From: Pseudomonadota bacterium
Lineage (GTDB): Bacteria; UBA10199; 2-02-FULL-44-16; JBDRGF01
NCBI GenBank assembly: GCA_043818055.1
Contig: JBDRGF010000015.1
Coordinates: forward strand, 1-17,392
DNA length: 17,392 nt
Direction: 5' to 3'
The notes beneath the pieces are model-generated. The model made no database searches and was not told the origin of the DNA. It worked only from the letters and a program-made list of their open reading frames with translations. Each line of letters opens with the position of its first letter. Positions within the stretch are counted from its first letter, which is position 1. Both the position numbers and the translations under genes were made by a program. Positions 1 through 8,642 of this stretch are shown here, one piece after another.

Positions 1-168
1 GGACAAAAGACAGCAGCGCATTCCTTACGCGATGATCTCTCATCGGCGCTCATCAACCTCGGATATCAGAAGAGAGATGTCGATGTAATTCTCAACAAGA
101 TCGACATTTCAACTGGCGACAACCTGGAATCTGCCCTGAAGGCGGCGCTCAAGGAGCTTACAAGATGA
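1..168 (+). CDS. ruvA: Holliday junction branch migration protein RuvA, C-terminal end (5' partial)
   Basis: Frame 1 translates to [55 protein letters not shown], matching RuvA domain III (ALxxLGY...E..LK.ALK.L). Its stop overlaps the ruvB start (ATGA at 165-168). Confidence 0.9.
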   Translation, partial: GQKTAAHSLRDDLSSALINLGYQKRDVDVILNKIDISTGDNLESALKAALKELTR

Positions 169-1196
169 ACTCACGTGAAAACCCGGTACTAAATTCGGAT
201 CCAATATTCGAAGATGAAAACTATTTTGAACTCTCGCTTCGTCCAAAAAATTTGACGGAATATATAGGACAGGACAGAATCAAGGAGCAGCTCCATCTCT
301 TCATCACAGCCGCTAAAAACCGGGGAGAAGCTCTCGATCATGTGATCTTCTCCGGCCCTCCCGGACTTGGAAAAACGACTTTAGCACACATCATCGCCAA
401 TGAACTCGGATCGAATATCGTTACTACATCAGGCCCTGTGCTGGAAAAACAGGGAGATCTGGCCGCGATACTCACAAACTTAAAGGAGCGCGACGTTTTA
501 TTCATCGACGAGATTCACAGGTTATCCAACGTCGTCGAGGAGGTGCTCTATCCGGCGATGGAGGATTACAAGCTCGATATCATCGTAGGACAGGGACCGA
601 GCGCCAAGACATTGAGGCTCGAGCTTCCGCGATTCACGCTGGTGGGCGCAACTACCCGCGCCGGCCTTCTGACATCACCTCTCAGGGACAGATTCGGAGT
701 TGCGGCGAGGCTTGAATTCTATGGCCCCGAGGATCTCAAAAAGATAGTCTCACGATCCTCGAGTATACTCAAAATCGAGATCGATATGCGAGGCGCGTTT
801 GAAATCGCTTCAAGATCGAGAGGGACCCCCAGAATAGCAAACAGGATTCTTAAACGGGTTCGTGATTTTGCTCAAGTTAGGGCTAAGGGATTCATCGACG
901 AGGCGGTCGCTAAAGATGCGCTGATACTTCTCGATGTCGATGCCTCCGGGCTCGATCAGATGGATCGCCATATCCTAAAGACGATCATAGACAAGTTCAG
1001 CGGAGGGCCTGTCGGAGTAGATACAATAGCAGCAGCCATCAGCGAGGAGAGAGACACCATCGAAGATGTCTATGAGCCGTTTTTGATTCAGCTTGGGTAT
1101 ATTCAAAGAACGCCTAGGGGACGAGTTGCAACCGAACTCGCCTATCGGCATTTTGGAATGACGAAATGCAATTCGGCTCAGGAAAATTTATTTTAG
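165..1196 (+). CDS. ruvB: Holliday junction branch migration DNA helicase RuvB
   Basis: SLRP..L.EYIGQ, Walker [10 protein letters not shown], Walker [58 protein letters not shown]. Confidence 0.99.
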   Translation: MNSRENPVLNSDPIFEDENYFELSLRPKNLTEYIGQDRIKEQLHLFITAAKNRGEALDHVIFSGPPGLGKTTLAHIIANELGSNIVTTSGPVLEKQGDLAAILTNLKERDVLFIDEIHRLSNVVEEVLYPAMEDYKLDIIVGQGPSAKTLRLELPRFTLVGATTRAGLLTSPLRDRFGVAARLEFYGPEDLKKIVSRSSSILKIEIDMRGAFEIASRSRGTPRIANRILKRVRDFAQVRAKGFIDEAVAKDALILLDVDASGLDQMDRHILKTIIDKFSGGPVGVDTIAAAISEERDTIEDVYEPFLIQLGYIQRTPRGRVATELAYRHFGMTKCNSAQENLF

Positions 1197-1300
1197 TTCC
1201 TCATCTATTAAATTCTTTATAATGAGGAAGGGCACAAGTGCTCGTAACAATTTAATATTTATTGTATACCACCTGTGGTAATTAAATTGACGAAGCACTA
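1194..1300. mobile_element. 107-bp MITE-like element, copy 1 (TA...TA, imperfect terminal inverted repeats)
   Basis: 101/107 identical to 11050-11156. Ends are TAGTTCCTCATCTATTAAATT and AATTAAATTGACGAAGCACTA. Both ends carry TA and the left TA lies in the ruvB TAG stop. Confidence 0.8.
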
Positions 1301-1307
1301 GAAACCT

Positions 1308-1616
1308 ATGAACAGGATACCCGCCACCATCAGTAGAATTCTTGATATCGCAACTCCCACACGCGTGATAATTCTGGCTGTCGTCATAATATTCTTCTGG
1401 CTGCTTCTGCTCGGCAATCAGGGCGTGTATCAGCTCAAAAAGCTAATGCTGCACAGAGATAAACTGGAGCTACAAAAGAAGACCCTCATCAACGATATTT
1501 CTAACTTAAAAGAGAGAAAAGAATTTCTCCTAAAGCCCGAGCTGCTAGAGATGACAATCAGACAAGAACTCGGCTACATAAAACCCGGCGAAATTTTAAT
1601 TCAGGAAAAGAAGTGA
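1308..1616 (+). CDS. Septum formation initiator family protein (FtsB/DivIC-like)
   Basis: Single N-terminal TM helix followed by LLGNQGV, a coiled coil, then LEMTIRQELGYIKPGE, which matches the DivIC/FtsB E..AR.ELG..KPGE motif. Confidence 0.85.
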   Translation: MNRIPATISRILDIATPTRVIILAVVIIFFWLLLLGNQGVYQLKKLMLHRDKLELQKKTLINDISNLKERKEFLLKPELLEMTIRQELGYIKPGEILIQEKK

Positions 1617-1678
1617 AAGCGTAAAAAGGACGTTTTCACGTTTCACGCTTCACGGGTGGACGCTTCACGTTTTTCACC
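1611..1678. repeat. Short tandem heptamer array (TTCACGY) with a short inverted arm, between convergent genes
   Basis: TTCACGT TTCACGC TTCACGG GTGGACGC TTCACGT at 1635-1670. Complementary-type units AAGTGAA and AGCGTAA at 1611-1624. Confidence 0.7.
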
Positions 1679-2585
1679 CCATTGGCAATGTAAACGTCCC
1701 TATTTTGATGACGGGTTGCGATAGCCTGCCGGTGATTGACAATTCGTAGCTTCCATCTTGCGACTTTTGTTTTTCTATGATGAAGAGAAATGGGAGCGCG
1801 CTCTCAAGTTCTGGAGAGAGTTTGGCCTTCCCGGAGAGATTGAGCCTGTAGTTATCAAATGTGTTGGCTAGAAAGATTCTTCCTGAAAGATTGAGATCAA
1901 GAGCTCCTCCGGCGATCGTAAATTTAACGATATCCATCACTCCCTTCGCTACCTTGACATTGATCCTCGATTTTCCTTTGGCCAAAACCAAATCCGGAAT
2001 CTCCATAGGCGCACCTGCGATAGTCACTGTGGATTTTTTCAAGACGAGTTCGTTCAACTTGATATCCACCTCGCCCTTAGTTCGCATCGGCCTTGCGTTA
2101 TCAAAATCGATCACAACCGTGCCGTCGATCTTTGACCTTAGATTCAACCCAAGACCTGAAGATAAAAACTTTATCGTGCTGACATCAAACCCATTGGAAG
2201 TTAGATCGAGATACCACCCGTTGGCGTTCATGTCGATTTCACCGTCGACACCTCCATCGCCTGCCTGAAGGGAGAATGCCAAATTGGGCTTTGAAAAGAT
2301 GATGGAGAAAAGACCTGCACGCGCTTTGACATTGTCTAGTTGAAGAAGATGCCCCTTCTCTTTCCCCGTCGTGGAAAAGAGGTTCAAGTCATCGATCTCC
2401 ACACCGGTGATGTAGTAAGGTTGTAACTTCCCCACCTTTATCTCAATGGCGCCCCCCAGCTGCTTTTCAGCTGTATCGAGTATCCTGTCGCTGACAGAGT
2501 CGAATGGAAAATAAAGATACACAAAGAAAATAAAACTGACGATGAATACTAGTGCGTACCCGATGAATTTAAAAAGTTTGGTCAT
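1674..2585 (-). CDS. gspN: Type II secretion system protein GspN
   Basis: N-terminal TM ending in YLYFPFD followed by a long beta-rich periplasmic region (L.L.G.I.L, L.ITG.L..P). It is the last gene of the gsp operon, after gspM. Confidence 0.8.
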   Translation of the reverse strand: MTKLFKFIGYALVFIVSFIFFVYLYFPFDSVSDRILDTAEKQLGGAIEIKVGKLQPYYITGVEIDDLNLFSTTGKEKGHLLQLDNVKARAGLFSIIFSKPNLAFSLQAGDGGVDGEIDMNANGWYLDLTSNGFDVSTIKFLSSGLGLNLRSKIDGTVVIDFDNARPMRTKGEVDIKLNELVLKKSTVTIAGAPMEIPDLVLAKGKSRINVKVAKGVMDIVKFTIAGGALDLNLSGRIFLANTFDNYRLNLSGKAKLSPELESALPFLFIIEKQKSQDGSYELSITGRLSQPVIKIGTFTLPMG

Positions 2586-2590
2586 TATAG

Positions 2591-3181
2591 TTACGCCCCC
2601 GACTCAGAAGGAACCTGAAAGGTGGAAACAGTGAAGGAGACGTTCAGCTCCTGTTTGTTATCGTATCTCGTCCTGACTTCAAGCTGCTTCAATCTGAAAT
2701 TAGCGTCCTTATAGTTTTCTATTTCATAAAGAAAGTTGACGAGTTCAGGCAATGAGACCTTTCTGAGACGCACATCTACGCTGAGTTCTTCCATGTCGGC
2801 CTCTTTTCCGCCCACCTCCTTGAGCGAATCTATCTTATCCTTGATACCCGCCTTCTCAGCCATATTTTCGAGCACCGTCGATATTGAAACTCCGTAATTG
2901 CTGATCAGCCTCTTACGAAGACTGTCGTACTGCGCCTGAATCTTATTGTATGACTCAATCTCCCCCACGATATTGCTCATCTTCTCCCTGCCATCATCGA
3001 TCTCGCTGTTTAAAGATGAAAGCTTCCCTATCGCCATAGTGACTGGAAGAATTATCACGAGCACGAGTATCACAGCTGCCGCTACGAGCGTGAAGGTCTG
3101 TTCCCTCGCAGACATACCCAGGTATGAATTATACAGATTCGCGGGGGAAAGCCTTTCAAAATCGAAATTTCCTAACTTCAA
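2591..3181 (-). CDS. gspM: Type II secretion system protein GspM
   Basis: MSARE motif before one TM helix, a coiled coil, and a ferredoxin-like C-terminus (VDVRLRKVSLPELVNFLYEIE). Lies after gspL. Confidence 0.85.
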   Translation of the reverse strand: MKLGNFDFERLSPANLYNSYLGMSAREQTFTLVAAAVILVLVIILPVTMAIGKLSSLNSEIDDGREKMSNIVGEIESYNKIQAQYDSLRKRLISNYGVSISTVLENMAEKAGIKDKIDSLKEVGGKEADMEELSVDVRLRKVSLPELVNFLYEIENYKDANFRLKQLEVRTRYDNKQELNVSFTVSTFQVPSESGA

Positions 3182-3184
3182 AAA

Positions 3185-4795
3185 TCACCTCTTGTTTTTT
3201 TCAAAATCCATCGACATATCGAACTTGATCTCGTCCTTCACACCCTTGCGCACATTTCCCGACTGCACCTTCTGAAGGAGCGGAGATTCCTCAAACGCGG
3301 TTTTTACCCTGTCGACCGCCTCAAAAGAGCTGACCCGCCCGGAAAGGGAAGCGCGGTCATTTTTAATATTTATAGAATCGATATCGAGCATAATTTTATC
3401 GCGCCCCGGCATGACAGTCGACATCTCTCTCAAAACCTCAAGCGGAGATAGACCAGAGGCCGCCTCAAGTTTTTGTATCTTATCTGTAAGAGTTTTTTTC
3501 TTGCTCTTTAATACTGCCATAGCAGCCGTCGGCGAACTCAAACTCCCCGTCCCGACATCGGGAAGGGCTTGTTTGACAAGGCCTAAAAACTGTTCATTGA
3601 TATCGTTTGCCTTACCCTTGAGGTAATAATAGCTGAAACCAAAGTTGACGATGGCCAGAAAAATGACGATGAGGGCGAAGATAAAAAAGCGTTTGAGGCT
3701 TCCACCGAGCTCCTCGACATCCCCTTTGAACGCGAACTCTCCCTTCCTGAAATTTATTCCGAAGCTCTCCCCTGCCGCGACACCTTTGAGCGCCAGAGAG
3801 AGGGCTGGCGGTATGACGTGCCGGTAAGCATCTCCTCTGGAGATCCTGCTGAAATGAAAATCGGTGGCATTGAGATAGGCGACGTTGAGTTTGAGCGCAT
3901 CTGAAAGATAATGATCGATCCCCGGCAACCTGGATGTTCCGCCGGTCAGAAAGACACCCTCAACTGTCATGTCCTCCATATCGCGATAGGCAAAAAAGGT
4001 CTGTCGCAAATAGAGCAGAAATTCATCGAGGACCTCCCTGATCGACTGATGAACGACCTTCGAAAGCTCGTCTATCGTTTCATCCTCCGTCGAGAGGAGC
4101 TGTCCCATTTCGATTTTTAGTTTCTCGGCCTCTTCGAGCGGAACGCCAGCGAGCTTCGCGATCCTCTCGGTGATCCTCTTTCCACCGATCGTTATAGCCC
4201 GCACCAATCCCAGCCGCCTTCCGTGGCATAGCGCAATCGTGCTCTTTTCATGTCCCATGTCGATTATGGCGAAGGCCCCCTCAGGCGGCACCATTCCCAT
4301 GTTGATGAGATTGACAAGCTCAACCCCCTCCGCGCAAAGATATCGCGGATCGAGGCGCATGGCGACAAGAGCATCGAGCCATTTAACGAACTCCTTCTTC
4401 TCGACGTAGAAGATCATCACCTTGGTCATCTCTTTGCTTCGAATCAAAACGGTATGATCTACTATCATCTGCTCCAGCGAAAATGGAACAAATGATTCGA
4501 TTTCAAATTTCACAGCTTCGTTGATGCGCTTGGTTCCCGAAAAGGGAAATGTGATGATGCGCGAAGCGGTAAGCTCGCCCGGCACGGAGCAGGAGAGAAG
4601 ATCCCAGCTCAAGTTGTGATCGTCTATCAGACTATGGACAGCGATGCTGATCGACTCTGCCTGGCTCAACGCATCGCTATAGACTATCGGCTGTTCATAG
4701 AACTCGACAAAGCCAAAGGATTTAAAACTGCGCTCAAGGACAGCCGCCTTGACAGAATAGCTCCCTATATCAAGCCCTAAAATTCTCTGAACCAT
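3185..4795 (-). CDS. gspL: Type II secretion system protein GspL (PilM-like actin-fold domain + TM + PilN-like domain)
   Basis: LGLDIGSYSVK, IIDMGHEKS, IGGKRIT and VFLTGGTSRLPG actin/FtsA/PilM motifs; INFRKGEFA; TM helix; C-terminal PilN-like region (LSGRVSSFEAVDRVK). Confidence 0.85.
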   Translation of the reverse strand: MVQRILGLDIGSYSVKAAVLERSFKSFGFVEFYEQPIVYSDALSQAESISIAVHSLIDDHNLSWDLLSCSVPGELTASRIITFPFSGTKRINEAVKFEIESFVPFSLEQMIVDHTVLIRSKEMTKVMIFYVEKKEFVKWLDALVAMRLDPRYLCAEGVELVNLINMGMVPPEGAFAIIDMGHEKSTIALCHGRRLGLVRAITIGGKRITERIAKLAGVPLEEAEKLKIEMGQLLSTEDETIDELSKVVHQSIREVLDEFLLYLRQTFFAYRDMEDMTVEGVFLTGGTSRLPGIDHYLSDALKLNVAYLNATDFHFSRISRGDAYRHVIPPALSLALKGVAAGESFGINFRKGEFAFKGDVEELGGSLKRFFIFALIVIFLAIVNFGFSYYYLKGKANDINEQFLGLVKQALPDVGTGSLSSPTAAMAVLKSKKKTLTDKIQKLEAASGLSPLEVLREMSTVMPGRDKIMLDIDSINIKNDRASLSGRVSSFEAVDRVKTAFEESPLLQKVQSGNVRKGVKDEIKFDMSMDFEKNKR

Positions 4796-4870
4796 AACGT
4801 ATTTATACCAGAAATATGATTAATATCAAAGGATTTGAAGAAAGACTTGAAACATTGGCTTAAGCGATGG

Positions 4871-5548
4871 TCAAACGCTGATAAACTTAAATAACTGTTC
4901 TATTGCGTATAGCGGCATGCTGATAAAATTTTCGCTTTGAAAAAAATTGTTTGCAGATATCCTTATCTTAAGCTTTGGAGAATATTTTTCAAAGTAGATG
5001 TTGAGACTTTTCAGCTTTCCCGATGTGCCTAATTTTACTTCAATAGGATATATCAACCCCCCGTGTTCGATCAAATAATCGATTTCCGATTCATATTTGC
5101 TCCTCCAATAAAATAGATGTTTTGAATCCATCGCTATTAACTCCTGCCCCCACAAATAATTCAGTAAACGAACCCTTGAAAGTTTTAAAGAGGTCGTTTT
5201 CCTTGAGCAGAAGTTGAGGAGGCAGGTGGTTCATAGCGCCAAGCAGACCAACATCGAGCACCAACAATTTAAAAAAAGACGGGTCAACAAAATGAAGGAG
5301 TGGAAACTCCGGTTTTTTGACCAACTGAACCTTGTGGCACAAGTTTGCATTAATGAGCCATTCAATTGCATCCTGAAATAATGCTGATCTAGCCCCCTTT
5401 TTAATATCCACCAATTTGAATTTCTTCTGTTCTCTGGCCAATTGTCTTGGTAGGTTTTCCCAACCTGTCTGGCCCCCCTTAAAAGCAAGGATTTTCTATC
5501 TGGATTATCTTTCCATTTCAATAAGTTAGCGTATAGACCCCTCTTCAT
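4871..5548 (-). pseudogene. AAA_14/DUF4143-type ATP-binding protein, internally deleted and frameshifted
   Basis: Three frames. (1) MKR..Y..LLKWK...RKSLLLRGARQVGKTY, with ATG at 5548. (2) An out-of-frame jump near 5450 to LPRQLAREQKKF...AIEWL...FKLLVLDVGLLGAM...FKGSFTE. (3) A second shift at the C5 run 5147-5151 to GQEL...FYWRS...EIDYL...PIEVK...MPLYA. Walker B and the middle of the protein are missing. Confidence 0.9.
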
Positions 5549-5564
5549 AATTACATTTTTTAGC

Positions 5565-5649
5565 ACACGCTCCACGAAAAATGCTTATGTACAAGTCCTT
5601 TTTCGTACGAAAAAGTGTCATAGTAACACCCTTTTTCGTACGAAAAAGG
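5565..5649. promoter_or_regulatory. Operator-like palindromes CTTTTTCGTACGAAAAAG with a 33-bp period
   Basis: Perfect 18-bp palindrome at 5598-5615 and again at 5631-5648. A half site ACGAAAAA at 5574-5581 is in the same 33-bp register. All lie just upstream of the pseudogene start. Confidence 0.7.
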
Positions 5650-5704
5650 TATAAAATCATTAAAAACCGGACATTTTGTTTTGCGCTTGCTATAGATATG
5701 GTTA

Positions 5705-6568
5705 TTAGAGAGCATTTAGATCTTCAAGGGTATAACAGATTAGGCCGTTTGGTTTGGAATCAGTAAAATAAAGGCCAGTGTCATATAGAGTGTTGTCTAT
5801 AGTATAGAAATTTACATATATGACGATGAATCCCTCATCCGTAACTGGTTCATCTGTGACAAGAATACTACCCGGTTCTTTTGACAGTCCCAAAAATCCA
5901 CCTCGAAGAGCTTCAACTGCTTTGATCGCAATTTCTATTGGTGAAAATCGTCCACCCATCATTTCTGATAGTTCAAAAAAAACATCTCTGTGTCCCTCAT
6001 CAATTTCAGGCGGAAAATCGTTAGCTTTCGACTCTCGGGAAAATTCATTGGTCACTGCATATTTGATGGCTTCAACGTATAGACTCTCTTCCAGAATACT
6101 CGGATGAAGCATGACAAGTGCATCATCTGAACCCTTTATTCCCTGAAGTTCCGCTACTAAACTTCCTAATCCAGTCAATCCCAAACGAATTTTGGAGTTT
6201 CGAATAGCGCTCTTCCTTTTAGCAGATTTTTGTCTGCGCGCTAGATTATTAAGATAATGTTGAAAGGTCAGATTCATACCCATGTCGGGATATCTTATGT
6301 TGAAATAATGTCGTATTCTCTTTAGAGCCTCTGCCTGACTGATATGCTCAACTTCAGCATCAAAAGGAAAAGAAGCGATCCCTTTTTGGAATTCATAAGC
6401 AACGTGCTCGCTTGCAAAAAGCAGGATAATGCCATTTAACATATTGACCAAACAATTATGAGGCAGATCAACTTCAATTTTTGAGAGCGTTGATAGCATC
6501 GACATTGTTATGGGGTCTTGATTTACATCAACCATTAAATTGTGAATATCTTCCTTTCTATCAAACAA
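5705..6568 (-). CDS. Hypothetical protein (probably the C-terminal part of a frameshifted gene starting at 7026)
   Basis: 287-aa ORF with only a TTG start and no evident RBS. It overlaps the upstream ORF, and the frame stays open back to ~6592. No recognisable motif. Confidence 0.6.
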   Translation of the reverse strand: MFDRKEDIHNLMVDVNQDPITMSMLSTLSKIEVDLPHNCLVNMLNGIILLFASEHVAYEFQKGIASFPFDAEVEHISQAEALKRIRHYFNIRYPDMGMNLTFQHYLNNLARRQKSAKRKSAIRNSKIRLGLTGLGSLVAELQGIKGSDDALVMLHPSILEESLYVEAIKYAVTNEFSRESKANDFPPEIDEGHRDVFFELSEMMGGRFSPIEIAIKAVEALRGGFLGLSKEPGSILVTDEPVTDEGFIVIYVNFYTIDNTLYDTGLYFTDSKPNGLICYTLEDLNAL

Positions 6569-7026
6569 AACTGACCCAAAAGTGTATGCGACTTATTAAT
6601 AAAGCTGTCTGGCATCTCTCTTGCCTCTTTCAATATATCGTTATGAAAGTTATTCAATGATGGATAGATGCAGCCTCTGTTGTCAAAGGCAACAAGCCCC
6701 CCGAGAAGCTGGCAAAATGTTACCCTTGAATGCAATTCCTCGGGAATCCAGTTTGTATTAATTCCTTTGATGAACGATTGGAATGGTTGTGGGAGCTTGC
6801 TATTCCCGCTTGTTATGAAGTTGTTGAAAAAGCGAGATAACTCCTCAGGGTCTTGCTTATAGACGGTTAAAAAGTTGCCATCTCCTCCACCAGGTATTGC
6901 ATCAGATACAGAGGCATTGCCACATCCAGTCAAAAAATTGTTGATCAGATGTGCGCCTGTTCCTGGCGGTTTTAAAGCAAGTAGCAGTTGAATATGCCCT
7001 GATGTAATATTGATACCCTGAACCAT
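6535..7026 (-). CDS. Hypothetical protein (probably the N-terminal part of a frameshifted orphan gene)
   Basis: GGAGG at 7036-7032 lies 5 nt before the ATG at 7026. The ORF is about 163 aa with no recognisable motif. Confidence 0.6.
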   Translation of the reverse strand: MVQGINITSGHIQLLLALKPPGTGAHLINNFLTGCGNASVSDAIPGGGDGNFLTVYKQDPEELSRFFNNFITSGNSKLPQPFQSFIKGINTNWIPEELHSRVTFCQLLGGLVAFDNRGCIYPSLNNFHNDILKEAREMPDSFINKSHTLLGQFCLIERKIFTI

Positions 7027-7141
7027 CATAACCTCCAAAGTTATTGAGATACTCTTATTATCGCATTGTCGGTGAAAATGTTGCTACAATTTTTCAAATA
7101 AAACCCGGTGACGGAGGTGTATTTTTTATTGAGTTTTCCCT

Positions 7142-7168
7142 AGATTCCGCATCGAGGACGGGATGACA
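7142..7168. repeat. Half copy of a TGTCAT...ATGACA-type palindromic repeat
   Basis: AGATTCCGCATCGAGGACGGGATGACA parallels the right arm AGATCCTTCACGTTGTTCAGGATGACA at 8837-8863 (both 27 nt, AGAT...GGATGACA). Confidence 0.5.
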
Positions 7169-7214
7169 GAGGAGAAAAACTTGTTCACAGCGCTAAGTGG
7201 GTTAAAGCCAGTGG

Positions 7215-8597
7215 TTACTGTTCTTTCAATATCTCACAAAAATGAGAAAGACGGTGAGTTAAATATAGAGGAACAGAGAGCAGCTTATACTTCACCCTTT
7301 CATTCGCCTGTGAAAGCGCTGATTCGATTGTCCTGATATTAAGTTCGCCATCGTAAATACGCACTGCAAATGGCGGATGAAACTGATGCACAAACTGGTG
7401 AAGAGAAGCAAGAGTTGTACCCTTCCCAGCCTTCACTTCAACGGGTAGCAATGATGATTCATGAGGATAAATGTAATCTATCTCAGACATTCTCCTTGGC
7501 TCATCCTGCCGCCAATAAAATATCTCCGGACGCCGTTTGCTTCCGATCAACATCAACAGCTCCTGACCTACATACTGCTCGGCAAATCCGCCTTTGTAAA
7601 CGCATGAGAGATTTGTACTCTCAACTATCTCCCGTGAAATCCGGTTTACATATTGAACCAAACCCAAGTCCAGAAAAAGCATCTTGCTGCGTTTACCAAG
7701 AGAGGGCAACATGGGAAAGGAAATCGATTTGATCCTGTGTGCCAGATGAACAAGCATCGCACGTTCAAGCAGTGCAAGCGCACGCTTTACTTCCCTTGCC
7801 CTTATCTCCTCTTGTCCCAATTGTGTCAGATTGACCTGCTGTCCAGCCCATTTTGGAGCTTGGAGAAATATTACTTCCAGGTGCTCCACATTTACCCTCT
7901 TTGAATATTTTTTAAAGTCATCGCGATAGGTTTCGATTATGCTTTCCCAAACTGGCTCACAATCCTTATAGCGCATATCCCGAAGAAATTCTGCTGTGGC
8001 TTCCGGCATTCCACCAACTAAAAAAAAATCCTTCAACTGAGCCTTAAGCTTCTCATGAATGGGAGATGAAACTGGTTCAAATGGATCTAAATTGCTCATA
8101 AATTCAACCAGTTTATCTTCTCCCCTGCCGAGCAAGAACTCTTCAAAACAAAGAGGAAATAAATATAAAAACTCAACACGCCCAACTGGAAAGGAGAGAC
8201 TCTCTTTTTCCAAAACAAATTCCAAAAGTGACCCAGCGGCAATAACATGCAGTTCGGAAAAATCTTCATAGAAGTATCTCAAGAGACCAATCGCTTTCGG
8301 ACACTGTTGGATTTCATCTATGAAGAGGATCGTTTTACCGGATATTATTGGGATACCTTTTAGCAATTCGATCTCACTTACTATTTTTTTAATTTCAGAC
8401 TCTCTTTCAAAAATTTTCCTTAAGTTTCCCTCCTTCTCGAGATTGACAACCACCAGATGTTCAAAATGATTTTTCCCAAATTCCTCTACAAGCCAGCTCT
8501 TTCCAGTTTGCCTCGCCCCCCTGACGATCAAAGGCTTTCTTTTAGCCCTTTCTTTCCAATTCTTTAAAAACTTTTCTGCCTTCCTGGGTATAAACAT
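7215..8597 (-). CDS. ATP-binding protein, AAA_14 ATPase + DUF4143 with a C-terminal PD-(D/E)XK-like motif
   Basis: RKPLIVRGARQTGKS (Walker A), ILFIDEIQ (Walker B), LRYFYED...HVIAAGSLL, SFPVGRV, LFPLCFEEFL, VGGMPE, KMLFLDLGL, YKGGFAEQYVGQEL, EIDYI..PVEVKAG, VPLYL. Confidence 0.92.
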   Translation of the reverse strand: MFIPRKAEKFLKNWKERAKRKPLIVRGARQTGKSWLVEEFGKNHFEHLVVVNLEKEGNLRKIFERESEIKKIVSEIELLKGIPIISGKTILFIDEIQQCPKAIGLLRYFYEDFSELHVIAAGSLLEFVLEKESLSFPVGRVEFLYLFPLCFEEFLLGRGEDKLVEFMSNLDPFEPVSSPIHEKLKAQLKDFFLVGGMPEATAEFLRDMRYKDCEPVWESIIETYRDDFKKYSKRVNVEHLEVIFLQAPKWAGQQVNLTQLGQEEIRAREVKRALALLERAMLVHLAHRIKSISFPMLPSLGKRSKMLFLDLGLVQYVNRISREIVESTNLSCVYKGGFAEQYVGQELLMLIGSKRRPEIFYWRQDEPRRMSEIDYIYPHESSLLPVEVKAGKGTTLASLHQFVHQFHPPFAVRIYDGELNIRTIESALSQANERVKYKLLSVPLYLTHRLSHFCEILKEQ

Positions 8598-8642
8598 AAA
8601 AATCCTTATAAATTAACGGTTAATATTAACAGTAGAACCAAA

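Noticed and set aside
1861..4495. + strand ORFs opposite gspN, gspM and gspL
   Set aside because: Antisense shadows of well-supported genes, with no motifs.
5565..5649. Palindromic repeats as a mini-CRISPR array
   Set aside because: Only two full 18-bp repeats with 15-nt gaps, too short for CRISPR spacers, and no cas genes in the window.
5581..5766. 61-aa + strand ORF with repeated FFVRK
   Set aside because: The peptide repeat is the translation of the DNA palindromes, and the ORF overlaps another ORF antisense.
4856..7214. Similar short motif just past both ATPase stops (TGGCTTAAGCGATGG at 4856-4870; TGGGTTAAAGCCAGTGG at 7198-7214)
   Set aside because: It needs two gaps and two mismatches over ~16 nt, too weak to distinguish from chance without more homologues.
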